Shown: positions 19,577-29,678, counted from the first letter of the stretch. The stretch is DNA of 64,000 nucleotides from an uncultured virus (IMG/VR IMGVR_UViG_3300025167_000005) (IMGVR_UViG_3300025167_000005), one strand, 5' to 3'. A program made the numbers and translations. Notes: generated from the sequence alone by a model not told the origin.

Positions 19577-20269
19577 ATGCGAAAACAACTCATCGTCTTG
19601 ACAGTCTTGTTCGTCGCCGCAGCGCTCATCGGAGGAAGTCAACTGGCTCTCATTAGCTACAACATCGAGATATACGGATATATCGACAAAGGCAAAACCG
19701 TCCTTTCCTTTACAGGGCCAAGTTCATTTGGATGGTCAGCTATTTACCTGTCATCCAGTATCGGGGTGCCCGTACAGAGAGAAGGGTATATCAATGGCGC
19801 ATCTGTCCACCTGGGAGCGGTAGAAGCTGCAAGCCCACACCCCGGAGTCGTTCCCGACAATAAGATGTTGGTCAAGATTATAATTGCAAGAACATGCGGC
19901 ACCAACGCAAACGTTCCTGTTTCTCCCATAGTGTTTGGGCAAAAAATGGTTACCCTTAGAGGAGGTAGCGGAAATTGGTTCGACTTCACCATGAACCAAG
20001 TTGGCGACCTCCCAACCCGCGTATCCTATAAACTCAGATTGTGTCTCTTCGTCATGGTTGACTTGAACGATGATGGAAAGGGTATGACATTCAGAATGTT
20101 TTATGACCCCTGGGACGCCGAATCTCCCGTTGACCGCTTTGGCATCAAAATACTGGGACAGAACGAGTTTCCCAGACCCGGAACCCCCGGAGGAACGCCT
20201 CCGGGAGGCGGCGGGTGCATCAGGGCAAGCACGCCCTGCCCCGTAGGCTATCCGATAGCTTACGTTTAA
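19577..20269 (+). CDS. Secreted or membrane-anchored beta-rich protein
   Basis: Signal peptide MRKQLIVLTVLFVAAALIGG; Pro/Gly linker and Cys pair at the C-terminus. Confidence 0.75.
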   Translation: MRKQLIVLTVLFVAAALIGGSQLALISYNIEIYGYIDKGKTVLSFTGPSSFGWSAIYLSSSIGVPVQREGYINGASVHLGAVEAASPHPGVVPDNKMLVKIIIARTCGTNANVPVSPIVFGQKMVTLRGGSGNWFDFTMNQVGDLPTRVSYKLRLCLFVMVDLNDDGKGMTFRMFYDPWDAESPVDRFGIKILGQNEFPRPGTPGGTPPGGGGCIRASTPCPVGYPIAYV

Positions 20270-20294
20270 ATAATTGACTGCCCCCTTCCAGCCG

Positions 20295-20504
20295 ATGCCT
20301 CTTGTCCACCGGCACACCCGACGCTGTCCTCCCAAGATGAACCCGATGAACACGCGCAGCAACCGGCAGCTTCTGCTCGGACACAGCCTGACCCACTCGA
20401 AGGGCATCAAGAAGGCCTGGGGCAAAGAGTGTGCCAACGCCGAGCATGAACGCCTGGTCCGCATCATGAAGAAACGCAAGATGAAGCACCGGAGTCCGGT
20501 ATGA
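20295..20504 (+). CDS. Small basic protein with N-terminal VHRHTRR tag
   Basis: ATG about 25 nt after gtttaaata (20264); ATGA overlap with a 59-aa TM ORF at 20501-20680. Confidence 0.6.
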   Translation: MPLVHRHTRRCPPKMNPMNTRSNRQLLLGHSLTHSKGIKKAWGKECANAEHERLVRIMKKRKMKHRSPV

Positions 20505-20727
20505 TACCCATAGACTTCCTCTACGTATTTATCGTCTTCTTCATAGCGATAGCAAGCATCGCAGTAATTAGCAAACTTTGGCCACCAAAGCAGGCTATCG
20601 TTACGTCGGCTCTCATAGCGGCCATGGGTGCTATCGCGCTCTTCATCGGGGCGTTATTCAGCGGGTCTCTGGTTATCTGACCAACCTATCCAACTCAGAA
20701 CCTTTAAATACCTCTCCATCCCTATAC

Positions 20728-20896
20728 TTGCGCAGAAGTCCCTGAACCAGCAAGAGGGGACTCTGACGCCTTGGCGCATCGCGCTGGGGGGAAGGGCGAC
20801 ATAAGTCGTCCGAGACCTCTGATGGGGCCAAGGCAACATACTCCCCAAGGGTCCTGGTCTCCGTCATAGGGACTGGGACCCTTCTCTGACTTTTTA
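20728..20896 (+). ncRNA. Putative ~165-nt structured RNA
   Basis: TATA aacctttaaata at ~20699 with no plus ORF behind it. Stems agtccc/gggact, gccttggc/gccaaggc, gggcgac/gtcgtcc and aagggtcc/ggaccctt, then a T-tract. Confidence 0.6.
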
Positions 20897-20932
20897 CCCT
20901 CTACAAATTCTACCTACGCAGAACGTAGGAAG

Positions 20933-21460
20933 TCACGCCCTCTTTTCTACAAACTTACCGGTTTCGTCCCGAGGACCATCGCATTCCAAAGGAAGGCCGT
21001 TCTTCACGAACTTAGGACGCGCAAGTTCGCGTCTTCCTTTCTGACTCAAAGACGTTATCTCTGCACGAATGTCATCGAGCCTATCGTAATAACTCAGGTC
21101 GGTGTATTGGTTATGAGAGTGGCCAGAAAGAAGCCTCGCTGCCTCAAGCAGAAGTTGACACTGACGCTCCTTAACCGTCAGATGAAGAAGTGGAAGGATG
21201 TATAGGATTCCCTTGGATGTCGTAACGTATTGGTAAACAGGCCGCTTGCCCCAGCGAACCCACTGCCGCTTGCCCACCGTTCCGTATCCAATAATCTCAC
21301 GCACGCGGTTCAACAGCAAGAGGGTTGTAGACGTAATGACAAGCACTGGAGCATAAATGTATCCACGGCGAGCGGTTGGACGTGTTTGTCGCATAAGACA
21401 AAGCGCTCCCTCTCCATCCAGTATCCCTTCGAGCCACCCAAGGTCTCGCTCAGTTGGCAT
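20933..21460 (-). CDS. Free-standing LAGLIDADG homing endonuclease (single motif)
   Basis: DLGWLEGILDGEGAL motif; ILPLLHLTVKERQ C-terminal pattern. Confidence 0.85.
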   Translation of the reverse strand: MPTERDLGWLEGILDGEGALCLMRQTRPTARRGYIYAPVLVITSTTLLLLNRVREIIGYGTVGKRQWVRWGKRPVYQYVTTSKGILYILPLLHLTVKERQCQLLLEAARLLSGHSHNQYTDLSYYDRLDDIRAEITSLSQKGRRELARPKFVKNGLPLECDGPRDETGKFVEKRA

Positions 21461-23228
21461 CCTTTCCTCCCTTAGACAACAGATAGTCTCCAATAATAAG
21501 GTGACGTAGTCGAGACCGAACGAACATGCTTATCGCCTCGGTTGCTCCCCTAACGATAGGCTCTGTATGAATGTTGGCACTCGTATTAATTAAACACCCA
21601 CGCCCGGTCTCCTGCTCGTAGATGCGCAACAGCCTGGCATAGCCCGGGTTCCAGTCCCCGCGCAGAACCTGAGGCCTGGCAGTGAAATCGGCCTGGTGAA
21701 GAGCCGCCATGATGTCCTGACGGTACTTCGGCTTCGTGTCGAACGCCAACGTCATGTAGGGCGCATCGGCCTTCTTCGGGTTGACCAGGTAGTCATCGGC
21801 CCTATAGTCCCAGATGACCGGAGAGTACGGCATGAAAAAATCTCGGCTCTTGATGGCCCGATTGATGGTGCCGATGTTCTCTAACTTAGAGGCATCGCAC
21901 AGGATGGACCTATTGCCAAGAGCCCGCGCGCCAAATTCCATCCTGCCCCGACATCGGGCCACAATCTCACCCTTCAGAATGAGGTCAGCAGCCAGCCCGT
22001 CTACGTCCGAGCTACAGACCGAGTCGTACTTGCCAAACTCTCTCCAGGCCGTCAGCGCGTTGGCAACCTCCTTCCAATCCGACGTAGGGTCGTCGCCAAG
22101 GTACAAGTTCCCGAGAGGCGGAATGAACGACTCGCTGCCCTGTTCATGCATACGCTGCGCGTATACCCACTGAGCAGCTCCGATACTCGTGGTCACGTCC
22201 CCGGCGCTTGGCATCACGTACAGCACATCGACCTCGGGCAAGTTCAGGATGCGCCCGTTCGCCTTGATGTTCATTGCCACGCCGCCAGCCATGGCCACCT
22301 TCCGGATGCCGGTAGCCCGGACGCAGTTCCGGACCCACTCACAGAGGATGTCTTCCGTGAACGCCTGGAGGCCACCCGCGATGTGGTCGAATCGCTTCCG
22401 GGCCAGGTCCCGTTGCAACCGCGGGAAGATGTAGCTGGAGTGCAGTGGCTCCCAGACCTTTCGCTTCCAGACCATACCGTCCAGGCCCACGTAGCTCTTG
22501 AAGACCTCGTAGCTTGGCTTGCAGGCCTCGGGCTTGGCGTAACCGCCAAGCCCGGTAACCTTGAATTCCTCGGAATGCTGCTTCATCCCAAAGTAGCCAG
22601 TGACCGCGGTGTACAGATATCCGAGTGAGTCGGAGTGAATGGACCGGGCAATGCGTCGCAGCGTATCGCCCTCTCCGATGCTCACCGTCGAGCACAGCCC
22701 ATCGCCCGCAGCGTCCTTGGTCAATACGAGAACGCGCTCATCGGGAGTCCATGGCCCAGAAAAGTACGCCGAGGCTGCATGGCTAAGGTGATGGTCTACT
22801 ATGGTCACCGGACCAGCATACCCTAACCTGAGACGTAGTTGCGCCAGGCGGAACATGTTTCGTCTCCGGGTGAATACCCGAAAGAGGTCCGGAGCACGCT
22901 CCTTGATGACGGGCACCGCATCCTCCCAGACGGCGAACAAGGGACGCAGCGAATCCTTGAAGACCTCGCGGACGGACATCGTGGCGGTATGCCCCTCCTG
23001 TCCCTCACTGCGCAGGACATAGTCCGTGGCGAGAGCAATTTCGTCAATATCGCTCGCGTCGAGATGGGCCAGTTCCAGAATGCGCTGAACACTGCGGAAA
23101 GGAAATCCGTTGTGTTCTTTGGTTCCGGAGAATCTCTCTTCCTGAAGGGCATACCGAACGATGCCATCGTCCAGGAGACATGCGCTGGAATCTATGCCAT
23201 CGTGGATTCCCATTACCCGATAAACCAT
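21450..23228 (-). CDS. Carbamoyltransferase (NodU/CmcH/TobZ family); start may extend to 23375
   Basis: GIHDGIDSSACL, EERFSGTK, VDHHLSHAASAY, MAGGVAMNIKAN, GRMEFGARALGNRSI, LINTSANIH. Confidence 0.92.
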   Translation of the reverse strand: MVYRVMGIHDGIDSSACLLDDGIVRYALQEERFSGTKEHNGFPFRSVQRILELAHLDASDIDEIALATDYVLRSEGQEGHTATMSVREVFKDSLRPLFAVWEDAVPVIKERAPDLFRVFTRRRNMFRLAQLRLRLGYAGPVTIVDHHLSHAASAYFSGPWTPDERVLVLTKDAAGDGLCSTVSIGEGDTLRRIARSIHSDSLGYLYTAVTGYFGMKQHSEEFKVTGLGGYAKPEACKPSYEVFKSYVGLDGMVWKRKVWEPLHSSYIFPRLQRDLARKRFDHIAGGLQAFTEDILCEWVRNCVRATGIRKVAMAGGVAMNIKANGRILNLPEVDVLYVMPSAGDVTTSIGAAQWVYAQRMHEQGSESFIPPLGNLYLGDDPTSDWKEVANALTAWREFGKYDSVCSSDVDGLAADLILKGEIVARCRGRMEFGARALGNRSILCDASKLENIGTINRAIKSRDFFMPYSPVIWDYRADDYLVNPKKADAPYMTLAFDTKPKYRQDIMAALHQADFTARPQVLRGDWNPGYARLLRIYEQETGRGCLINTSANIHTEPIVRGATEAISMFVRSRLRHLIIGDYLLSKGGKDAN

Positions 23229-23387
23229 TCTTCTACTCTCTGGTACGCCCATGCTTTCGCATGTGTTGCGAAAAGCATTCTTGCGTGTGAAACAGAAGAC
23301 CATCAGCTCCACAGTACCAACAAAAGCTTGCAGATTCCAGCGATTCGATGAAACGACCACATACCTCGCAGACATCGGGACCGACCC

Positions 23388-24137
23388 TCACGGTCTCACC
23401 GAAGACCGCAAGGCAACAGCACCCAACCCCTCATTGGCCAGCTTCCACCGAGCCAGGGCCTCTCTCGGCCCGGCAACATCCTCACAATATTCGGCGTCCA
23501 CTATTCCCATTACATGGAGGCGATAGTCCAGATACCTATCCTCCACCAGCTCCCTTTTACAAAACCCCGGACCCGCGACGAGGGCCTTGGTGATGCCCAT
23601 GCTCTGGAACAACAACTCGTTGGCCACTCCGGCAACCTTGCGCTGCCACTGTTTGACCTGCTCTCTATGGCCACGCTGGAATCGCGCCTGAGATTGTCCT
23701 CCCATCCGGTGTTTCCCCATCACGCCTGAGAACTCGTGCCACAACGAGACGAAAACCTCCCCTCGCCACCAGGCTATGGCAGCTTCGTTGTTGTCGATGA
23801 GGATAAGTCCGTACTTCTCGCCTTGTGCCAGGTCCCGAAGCGCGTCCAGAGGCTCCCGATAGAAATCCGTGCCACACTTGTACTGGTTCGACATGTTACG
23901 GGTAGGTGGCTCGATGGCCTCGACACCCTCGCTCGATGCGAAGAGGACCAGCCCGTTCGGAGGAATCTCCTTCAGCCCAGCCAGATACGTCAGGATGTTG
24001 CGCCACGCAGCCTGGACCTCGGTTCGGGTCCAGTTGCTCTGCACGTTCCTGGAAGCTATCTGCTCGCGCTTAGCCAGGTTCTTGACGTTCTGGAGCGTAC
24101 TATCCGCGGCGACATAAAGCGATATGCGATTGGTCAC
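23388..24137 (-). CDS. prf1: Truncated archaeal/eukaryotic-type peptide release factor 1 (N and M domains)
   Basis: ISLYV, RNVQS at the NIKS position, PPNGLVLF, YKCGTDF (YxCxxxF), GKHRMGGQSQARFQR, VAGPGFCK; no C-domain. Confidence 0.88.
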   Translation of the reverse strand: MTNRISLYVAADSTLQNVKNLAKREQIASRNVQSNWTRTEVQAAWRNILTYLAGLKEIPPNGLVLFASSEGVEAIEPPTRNMSNQYKCGTDFYREPLDALRDLAQGEKYGLILIDNNEAAIAWWRGEVFVSLWHEFSGVMGKHRMGGQSQARFQRGHREQVKQWQRKVAGVANELLFQSMGITKALVAGPGFCKRELVEDRYLDYRLHVMGIVDAEYCEDVAGPREALARWKLANEGLGAVALRSSVRP

Positions 24138-24307
24138 CAGTGCTTCCTCTCCTTTTTCTTCTCCTCGGCGACCTTGGGCTTGGTGCTGTGAGTCCTATAG
24201 CACGAGCTGGGGACCTTCCCGGTGTGCCCGGACTTGGTGTGCCTCCCGTGGGACCGAACGCGGACATAGCGGTTCCACCGAGGACACCACTCTCTGGTAT
24301 ACTTCAT
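24134..24307 (-). CDS. Small basic protein with VRVRSHGR tag
   Basis: Leaderless after ggttcatatagg; GTGA overlap with aRF1. Confidence 0.6.
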   Translation of the reverse strand: MKYTREWCPRWNRYVRVRSHGRHTKSGHTGKVPSSCYRTHSTKPKVAEEKKKERKHW

Positions 24308-24384
24308 CGGGCGAAGAATGGAAGCAGACCTATATGAACCTACCTGGTCCAGTACCTTTAAGTAGCAGCGGCACCAAAGATGAA

Positions 24385-24810
24385 ATGATGGATAGTCTTC
24401 CGCCCCCACCGCGAAAGAAACCAGGTCTTCTTATCTTCTTCGCGGGTCTCATTATCGCGCTCATATTTTTAGTGCTTGGATTTTCCATCGGGAAGCTCGG
24501 AGTCTCCAGTCCGCAGTCTGTCGAACCGACTACTTACTTGGACGAGGGAGAACTCGGCTACTACTCTTCGGCACAATTTTCTGCGCCCCTGCTCAAAGGA
24601 ACCGTGCTCTGTTACAATGTCATCTTCAACGGTGGAGAAGGCAACGTGGCGATTATCGATGCCCAGCAACACGAGATTGTCGTGGTCTACGCCGAAAATG
24701 CCATTGGATGTTACGCGGTCCCCTTCACCGGGCAGTGGTACTTCTTCGTGGCGAACACGGACTGGAACACACTTCACTACAAGTACGTGCTCAAAATCTA
24801 CGCACCTTAA
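24385..24810 (+). CDS. Membrane-anchored beta-sandwich protein
   Basis: TATA acctttaagta at 24354; single TM followed by a beta-rich domain. Confidence 0.65.
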   Translation: MMDSLPPPPRKKPGLLIFFAGLIIALIFLVLGFSIGKLGVSSPQSVEPTTYLDEGELGYYSSAQFSAPLLKGTVLCYNVIFNGGEGNVAIIDAQQHEIVVVYAENAIGCYAVPFTGQWYFFVANTDWNTLHYKYVLKIYAP

Positions 24811-25421
24811 CCGAGTGGTTCCTGCTTCCCCGACGCAACATCATACAAGAAGCACTTTCCAGACGCCAGGTCCAGTTTGACTACCGACCGCTGAGGAGCC
24901 TGCCCAGAGAACAACGGACTCTCCGCCCTGGCAAACTCCAGAGCAGCGTCCTCGCCCCAGTCCGCAGCCACCATGGTCAAGTCTGCGTATGCCCTGCCCT
25001 GGTCGTCCCGGTATCCGCCTACCCCCCAGGTTCTAACACGAGGAGATGCTTCCAACTCGACGAGGGCGTAAGTGGGCACCATCCTGGGCAACTTTTCCAA
25101 CGCCTCACTCATAGTCAGCGCAGAGTTGTCAGTCAACGCGATGAGCCAGACGTGGTTCCGCACTCCAAGTGCCTTCATCCTGGCCACAAACCGGTCCACG
25201 GACTTCGAGTCCATGCAGTCGAACCCGACCCCATCGTGCAACGCCGTAAAGCCAGTGTGCGTTCGTGCCATGCTCCTGGCCTTCTCAAGGGCCGAAGCCA
25301 GCTTCTGCGTCGCAGGAATCTTGAGGACCATCCACGGTGGGTCTCGGCCGAAGTCGGGGTCCGTCCAATGAGCGTCCTCTGCCCTGCGCCTACGAAGATG
25401 CTTGCGCACGACGACCTTCAT
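24807..25421 (-). CDS. Hypothetical protein with N-terminal VVVRKHLRR tag
   Basis: MKVVVRKHLRRRRA starts 6 nt after the upstream stop. Confidence 0.7.
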   Translation of the reverse strand: MKVVVRKHLRRRRAEDAHWTDPDFGRDPPWMVLKIPATQKLASALEKARSMARTHTGFTALHDGVGFDCMDSKSVDRFVARMKALGVRNHVWLIALTDNSALTMSEALEKLPRMVPTYALVELEASPRVRTWGVGGYRDDQGRAYADLTMVAADWGEDAALEFARAESPLFSGQAPQRSVVKLDLASGKCFLYDVASGKQEPLG

Positions 25422-25426
25422 GGGAC

Positions 25427-26848
25427 TCAACCCAGAAGGAGGATGAATCCCCATACAAGCAGCCCAGCGGCAGCCAGCACGATAAGGCCGCGGACAAGCC
25501 ACCCGTAGAACAGCGGCATGGGAGCCTTCCAGGCGACCAGGAACAAGATAATAGAGATGGCGATGAGGATGAGCCACAACAGGTCACCGCCAACGCGGTC
25601 CGAGTCCGGGGGCGTCCCCTCCTTGATGGTGATGACGTATTCCACCGGGTCGCTCGCGCCACACGCCACCTCAATAGAGACTACGACCTTGTAGAGCCCT
25701 GCAACCGTGGGAAGGAACGTGTGATTGAACTGGGAACTCGCGTCCACGCGCAGAATTTGTGCACCGTTCTCATTCTTCACGACCAGGTTGATGAAAGCGT
25801 CCGTGCGGTCCGTATGCACTGTAATGGTGACCTCCTTGCCTTCCTCCCAAATCCCATCCTCGGCGGAAACATCAATCGTGGGCGGCTCGGGTTTCTCCGT
25901 AAGCTGGAGGTCGATGGTCTTCACATCCGTCCTGTCCTTCAGGAACAGGTCGTTCAGGAGACGCAGCTCCAGACGGTTCTGGCAAGTAGTTCCAATCCTG
26001 AAGTCGTTCGCCGAAACGAGGTAAGAAAGCCTCTGACCTCCACTATCAACGGAGAACGTTCCAGGTCCGCACGGCAAGTCCCAGGTCTTGATAGTCTGCC
26101 CCTGGGCTTGAGAGTACAGTTCGAGCGTATACCCCTGTGTGGCGTTGTCATCGCCGCTGCCTGTCTTTCTCGTGCAGGCAGACCCCAGGTCCACGGTGAT
26201 GTCAATAGTCTGCCCGACCTCGAACACCTGGAGTTCCCTGGGCGTGACAATCGTACCTCGGCCACTTATCAGTCGAGCATCGTCCCGAATCCACGCACTC
26301 TGCTCAGTCTGCCGGTCATTGATTATGTCACCATCGAACACGTTGACTCCAGGAGCCCAAAACTCGGCCCAGAACATCACACGAAGCCATCCGTTGAACT
26401 CGCCCGTAAGGTAGTATAGTGGATTCGGAGGCGGAATAGTTGCCGCAGTTTGAATCGAGATTGGGGGGTAAGCAGGAGTAGACTTGACCAAGTCCCACGA
26501 CCCACCGGCCGAGGTATAGTACCTCCACTCAGCATTCTTCAGGACGCCAAGAGAAAGAGCAATTGATGCCGTAGGAATGATGGCCTCCGAGTTCCCCGTC
26601 TGCTTCCAGGACGTGGCATAAAGTGGACTGTCCAAGAGCTGCGGATGAGATGAGCTGGATGGGTCATTCCAGTATCCCGCAACGAAGACTATAGAACCAC
26701 CCACGAGCGTCTGCCAATATTTCATGATAACCGTGTTCTCATCGTAGTCCGACGGCGGAAGCAACGTGAGAAACCCCCCGAAGTAAGCTCCAAGGATTCC
26801 CGCGCCAAGCAGGAGAAGCACGGGGACTACCCATTTCTTGATAGGCAT
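25427..26848 (-). CDS. Surface or structural membrane protein (N-terminal signal, Ig-like beta domains, two C-terminal TMs)
   Basis: Leaderless after aagctttatatag (26873); hydropathy pattern. Confidence 0.75.
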   Translation of the reverse strand: MPIKKWVVPVLLLLGAGILGAYFGGFLTLLPPSDYDENTVIMKYWQTLVGGSIVFVAGYWNDPSSSSHPQLLDSPLYATSWKQTGNSEAIIPTASIALSLGVLKNAEWRYYTSAGGSWDLVKSTPAYPPISIQTAATIPPPNPLYYLTGEFNGWLRVMFWAEFWAPGVNVFDGDIINDRQTEQSAWIRDDARLISGRGTIVTPRELQVFEVGQTIDITVDLGSACTRKTGSGDDNATQGYTLELYSQAQGQTIKTWDLPCGPGTFSVDSGGQRLSYLVSANDFRIGTTCQNRLELRLLNDLFLKDRTDVKTIDLQLTEKPEPPTIDVSAEDGIWEEGKEVTITVHTDRTDAFINLVVKNENGAQILRVDASSQFNHTFLPTVAGLYKVVVSIEVACGASDPVEYVITIKEGTPPDSDRVGGDLLWLILIAISIILFLVAWKAPMPLFYGWLVRGLIVLAAAGLLVWGFILLLG

Positions 26849-27330
26849 CGCACTACTGACCAAGCGCTGCCCTATATAAAGCTTACCGCCGCGATAGCCG
26901 ATGCAGAATCAGGACCCCAAGGCCAGCCATCGTGACTCCCACAAGCACAGCAGGTAGCCCAAAGAGGCCACCGATGACCATGCTCACACCTGAGACGATA
27001 ACGACGTAGAGGACTGGGTCCTTCTCGTCAGTCATGATGTTCCTCCTTCCCCGAAGTCAAAGTCTTTTGGCCTGTCCTCTGGGTCACAGAAACAGAGCTG
27101 GTCCGCGGCATGGCTGCACTCATAGTGGTTCACCCACGCGATGGCCAGGTCCCGCTCCGCCAGCAACTTACGAATTTTCCGAACGAACTTAAGCATTTCC
27201 CCAGACACGTTAACTGGAGTATCTTTGATGAAAGCACAAAACCATCCGATATCGTCGTAGTCTTCCTTCGAGGGAATGGGCATCAACTCGATAACTGGCT
27301 TCCCCCGCCCAGAATTGCCCTTCTCGTCGG

Positions 27331-27783
27331 TCATGGAAAGATGGTCTCTCCGTCCCACGGACAGTTTTTACACTCACGTCGATGCAACCGGCCCACAGCC
27401 TCGTTGAAGGGAGCCGTGGCCTTGTCGAGGGCCTTCCGGGCGGAAGCCACGGCCTCGTCGTAGGCCTTCCGGGCGGAAGCCCTGGCCTCGTCGAAGACCT
27501 TCCGGGTGGAAGCCCTGGCCTCGATATAGGCCTTCCAGGCGGAAGCCGTGACCTCATTGAAAGTCTTCCCAGCGGAAACCACAGCCTTGTCGTGGTCCTT
27601 TGAGATACGACCCATCGTCGTCTGGTCCCTGACCGGTTTAAGCAGTCGCAGACGAGTCTCAACCTCGCTCTCGGGCTTGTTCTCCTGGATGTACTTACGG
27701 CGGGCAGTCAGCCCGCCCTTGGTCAGCCGTTCGACGAGCTGTTCATGGTGTACATGCCAGGCCCACTTACCGAGGGTAGTCAT
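27331..27783 (-). CDS. 11-aa repeat protein, paralogue of 36581-37075
   Basis: MTTLGKWAWHVHH...repeats...CKNCPWDGETIFP. Confidence 0.8.
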   Translation of the reverse strand: MTTLGKWAWHVHHEQLVERLTKGGLTARRKYIQENKPESEVETRLRLLKPVRDQTTMGRISKDHDKAVVSAGKTFNEVTASAWKAYIEARASTRKVFDEARASARKAYDEAVASARKALDKATAPFNEAVGRLHRRECKNCPWDGETIFP

Positions 27784-28460
27784 CGGTCCTTCTTCGGAAC
27801 ATAGACCCGTCGGTTGTAGTCATCAACCAGGCCTACAACAGGGTTGCCAGAGCCATCCCAGCGTACCGGAACCGAAAGAGAATCCGGTACATCCGCCCAC
27901 AGCACTCCGCGGGTGTACTGAGCGTTCGGAAGTGTAAACTGTTCAACGGGCAGGTATGTCCCGTTGACAAACCACTTGAATTTCACGCCCATTTCCTTCT
28001 CCACGCCTTTTCCCTTCTCCACGATGTCGCGGACGGAATCCTCAACGGAATAACGAGCAGCAACCTGGTAGGACCCGCATCTCCGGTCCACTTTTTCGGG
28101 AATCTCGGAAACGATGCCCACGACCCGAAGCCGCTTGATGAGTTCCGCCTTAGCCTCTGCGGGCCCAGTTACGTTCAGCCCGGACACCATGAACCTGCCA
28201 AAAACCTGAGCTTCCCCAATGTGCTTGAACGGTGCCCTTCCTTCAACAGGCTCAGGTGGCTCGTGAGCCTCCTTCCAGGCTCTCTCGGCGTCCCTGTCAG
28301 GAACCCACCTGGCAACGTAGATGGACTGACCCCAAGACAACGTACCTACGATGCGTTCCGGCATGGCACGATTGACCCCGTGCTGCTTGGCCTCGGCCTC
28401 AAAGGCCTCGACTGAATAGAGACCAGAACCTACGTAGTGAAGAAGCGCTGGCACAGTCAT
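27780..28460 (-). CDS. Hypothetical protein
   Basis: ATGA-coupled at both ends. Confidence 0.7.
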   Translation of the reverse strand: MTVPALLHYVGSGLYSVEAFEAEAKQHGVNRAMPERIVGTLSWGQSIYVARWVPDRDAERAWKEAHEPPEPVEGRAPFKHIGEAQVFGRFMVSGLNVTGPAEAKAELIKRLRVVGIVSEIPEKVDRRCGSYQVAARYSVEDSVRDIVEKGKGVEKEMGVKFKWFVNGTYLPVEQFTLPNAQYTRGVLWADVPDSLSVPVRWDGSGNPVVGLVDDYNRRVYVPKKDR

Positions 28461-28810
28461 ACAGAAACCTCCACAGCCGACCCGCCGCGGTTCTCGTATC
28501 TCTTTACGACGACGCCGCGTTCGTCTACCACCGACGCAGAATAGAGCTTTACCCCGGTTCCAACCCACTCCTTTGCGATGCCAATTGCATCGTTGAAAGT
28601 TCTGGGCCCGCCCGTACTCTCTCCAGGACCATGATGTACCGTGTAACGCATTAGGCTGCGTACTTTTACTTCAAGGTCGCGTACCTTTACTTCGGCATTC
28701 AGCCTCTTCAGACGTTCATCGTTCAACTGCCGACATCTATTGCATCGCCCGGCAGACCCAGCAAAATTGCCACAGTCCGAGCAGTGTCGAGGCTTAGTTC
28801 GTTCGGCCAT
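28457..28810 (-). CDS. Zinc-finger hypothetical protein
   Basis: CSDC...CNRC. Confidence 0.65.
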   Translation of the reverse strand: MAERTKPRHCSDCGNFAGSAGRCNRCRQLNDERLKRLNAEVKVRDLEVKVRSLMRYTVHHGPGESTGGPRTFNDAIGIAKEWVGTGVKLYSASVVDERGVVVKRYENRGGSAVEVSV

Positions 28811-29678
28811 CTTCGGTATCTTCCTGGGGCCGGTCGGCTATAAAGGTTCGGAGACTCGGCAGCCTCTTCCTCAGCGAAACGTCCGTGGTATCACAGACCC
28901 TGGCAACCTCTTCCTGGGCCAGATGAAATCCACACCGCTTGGCGGCCATGTACAGGGCCGCCGCCGCACGAACACGGGCCGGGTGCCCGGTCTGCTCGGA
29001 CATCAAGGCCAAGAGACGCCTGGCCTCCCGGAGGATGTCTCCGCGAACTCTGAGACGTTCCACGGCAAGCGCGAGGACGGTGTCCGGGGCCACCGATGCA
29101 TCGACAACTCCATTCGCCCTCCTGACGATGGCATAAACTCGTCTCACTTGCTTCATCGGCTGCTTCCGGACGATGTTCACTGAGGCCAGCAGGTCCTTTT
29201 GAGCAAGATAGACATTCTTTTCCCTCGCGGCAAGGAGGATGGATGCCGCAACGAGCACGGTGAACTCCTGTCCCCGGAGAAGTCCGGCGTCATACGTTTT
29301 CTTGGCAAACTCCAGAGCCCGGTCACGGACCATGGACGCCACCTGAAGCCGGGAGCAGGCGGCGTAAACCAGCGCACGAAGATGCCGCGTAGCACGCTCT
29401 TTCTGCTTCAGGCCGCGTGAGTCAATCAGTGAAAGGTAGCGCATTCGGTGCTGAGTCTGCCCGTCGAGAAGCTTTCCGGTTCCGTCCACAGCGCCCCCAA
29501 AGTGCGTGGTCATCGAGAAGGTGTTGTTGTCGTGGATAGGAGGTCCACGCCCGTCCGAGGTGACCAGCTCATCCTTGGAAAGCAACAACTCATCCGCAAC
29601 AAGGAAGCACCAGTTACAGAACTTCTCACCACGAACCGGGTCGCTGATTAGGGGGCCACCGCATGTGCAGATTTCCAT
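28794..29678 (-). CDS. tfb: Transcription factor B (TFIIB family)
   Basis: N-terminal Zn ribbon CTCGG...DPVRGEKFCNWC, B-reader GRGPP, two cyclin repeats (LLRGQ..AASILLAAR; AAALYMAA..QEEVARVCDTTDVSLRKR). Confidence 0.92.
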   Translation of the reverse strand: MEICTCGGPLISDPVRGEKFCNWCFLVADELLLSKDELVTSDGRGPPIHDNNTFSMTTHFGGAVDGTGKLLDGQTQHRMRYLSLIDSRGLKQKERATRHLRALVYAACSRLQVASMVRDRALEFAKKTYDAGLLRGQEFTVLVAASILLAAREKNVYLAQKDLLASVNIVRKQPMKQVRRVYAIVRRANGVVDASVAPDTVLALAVERLRVRGDILREARRLLALMSEQTGHPARVRAAAALYMAAKRCGFHLAQEEVARVCDTTDVSLRKRLPSLRTFIADRPQEDTEDGRTN

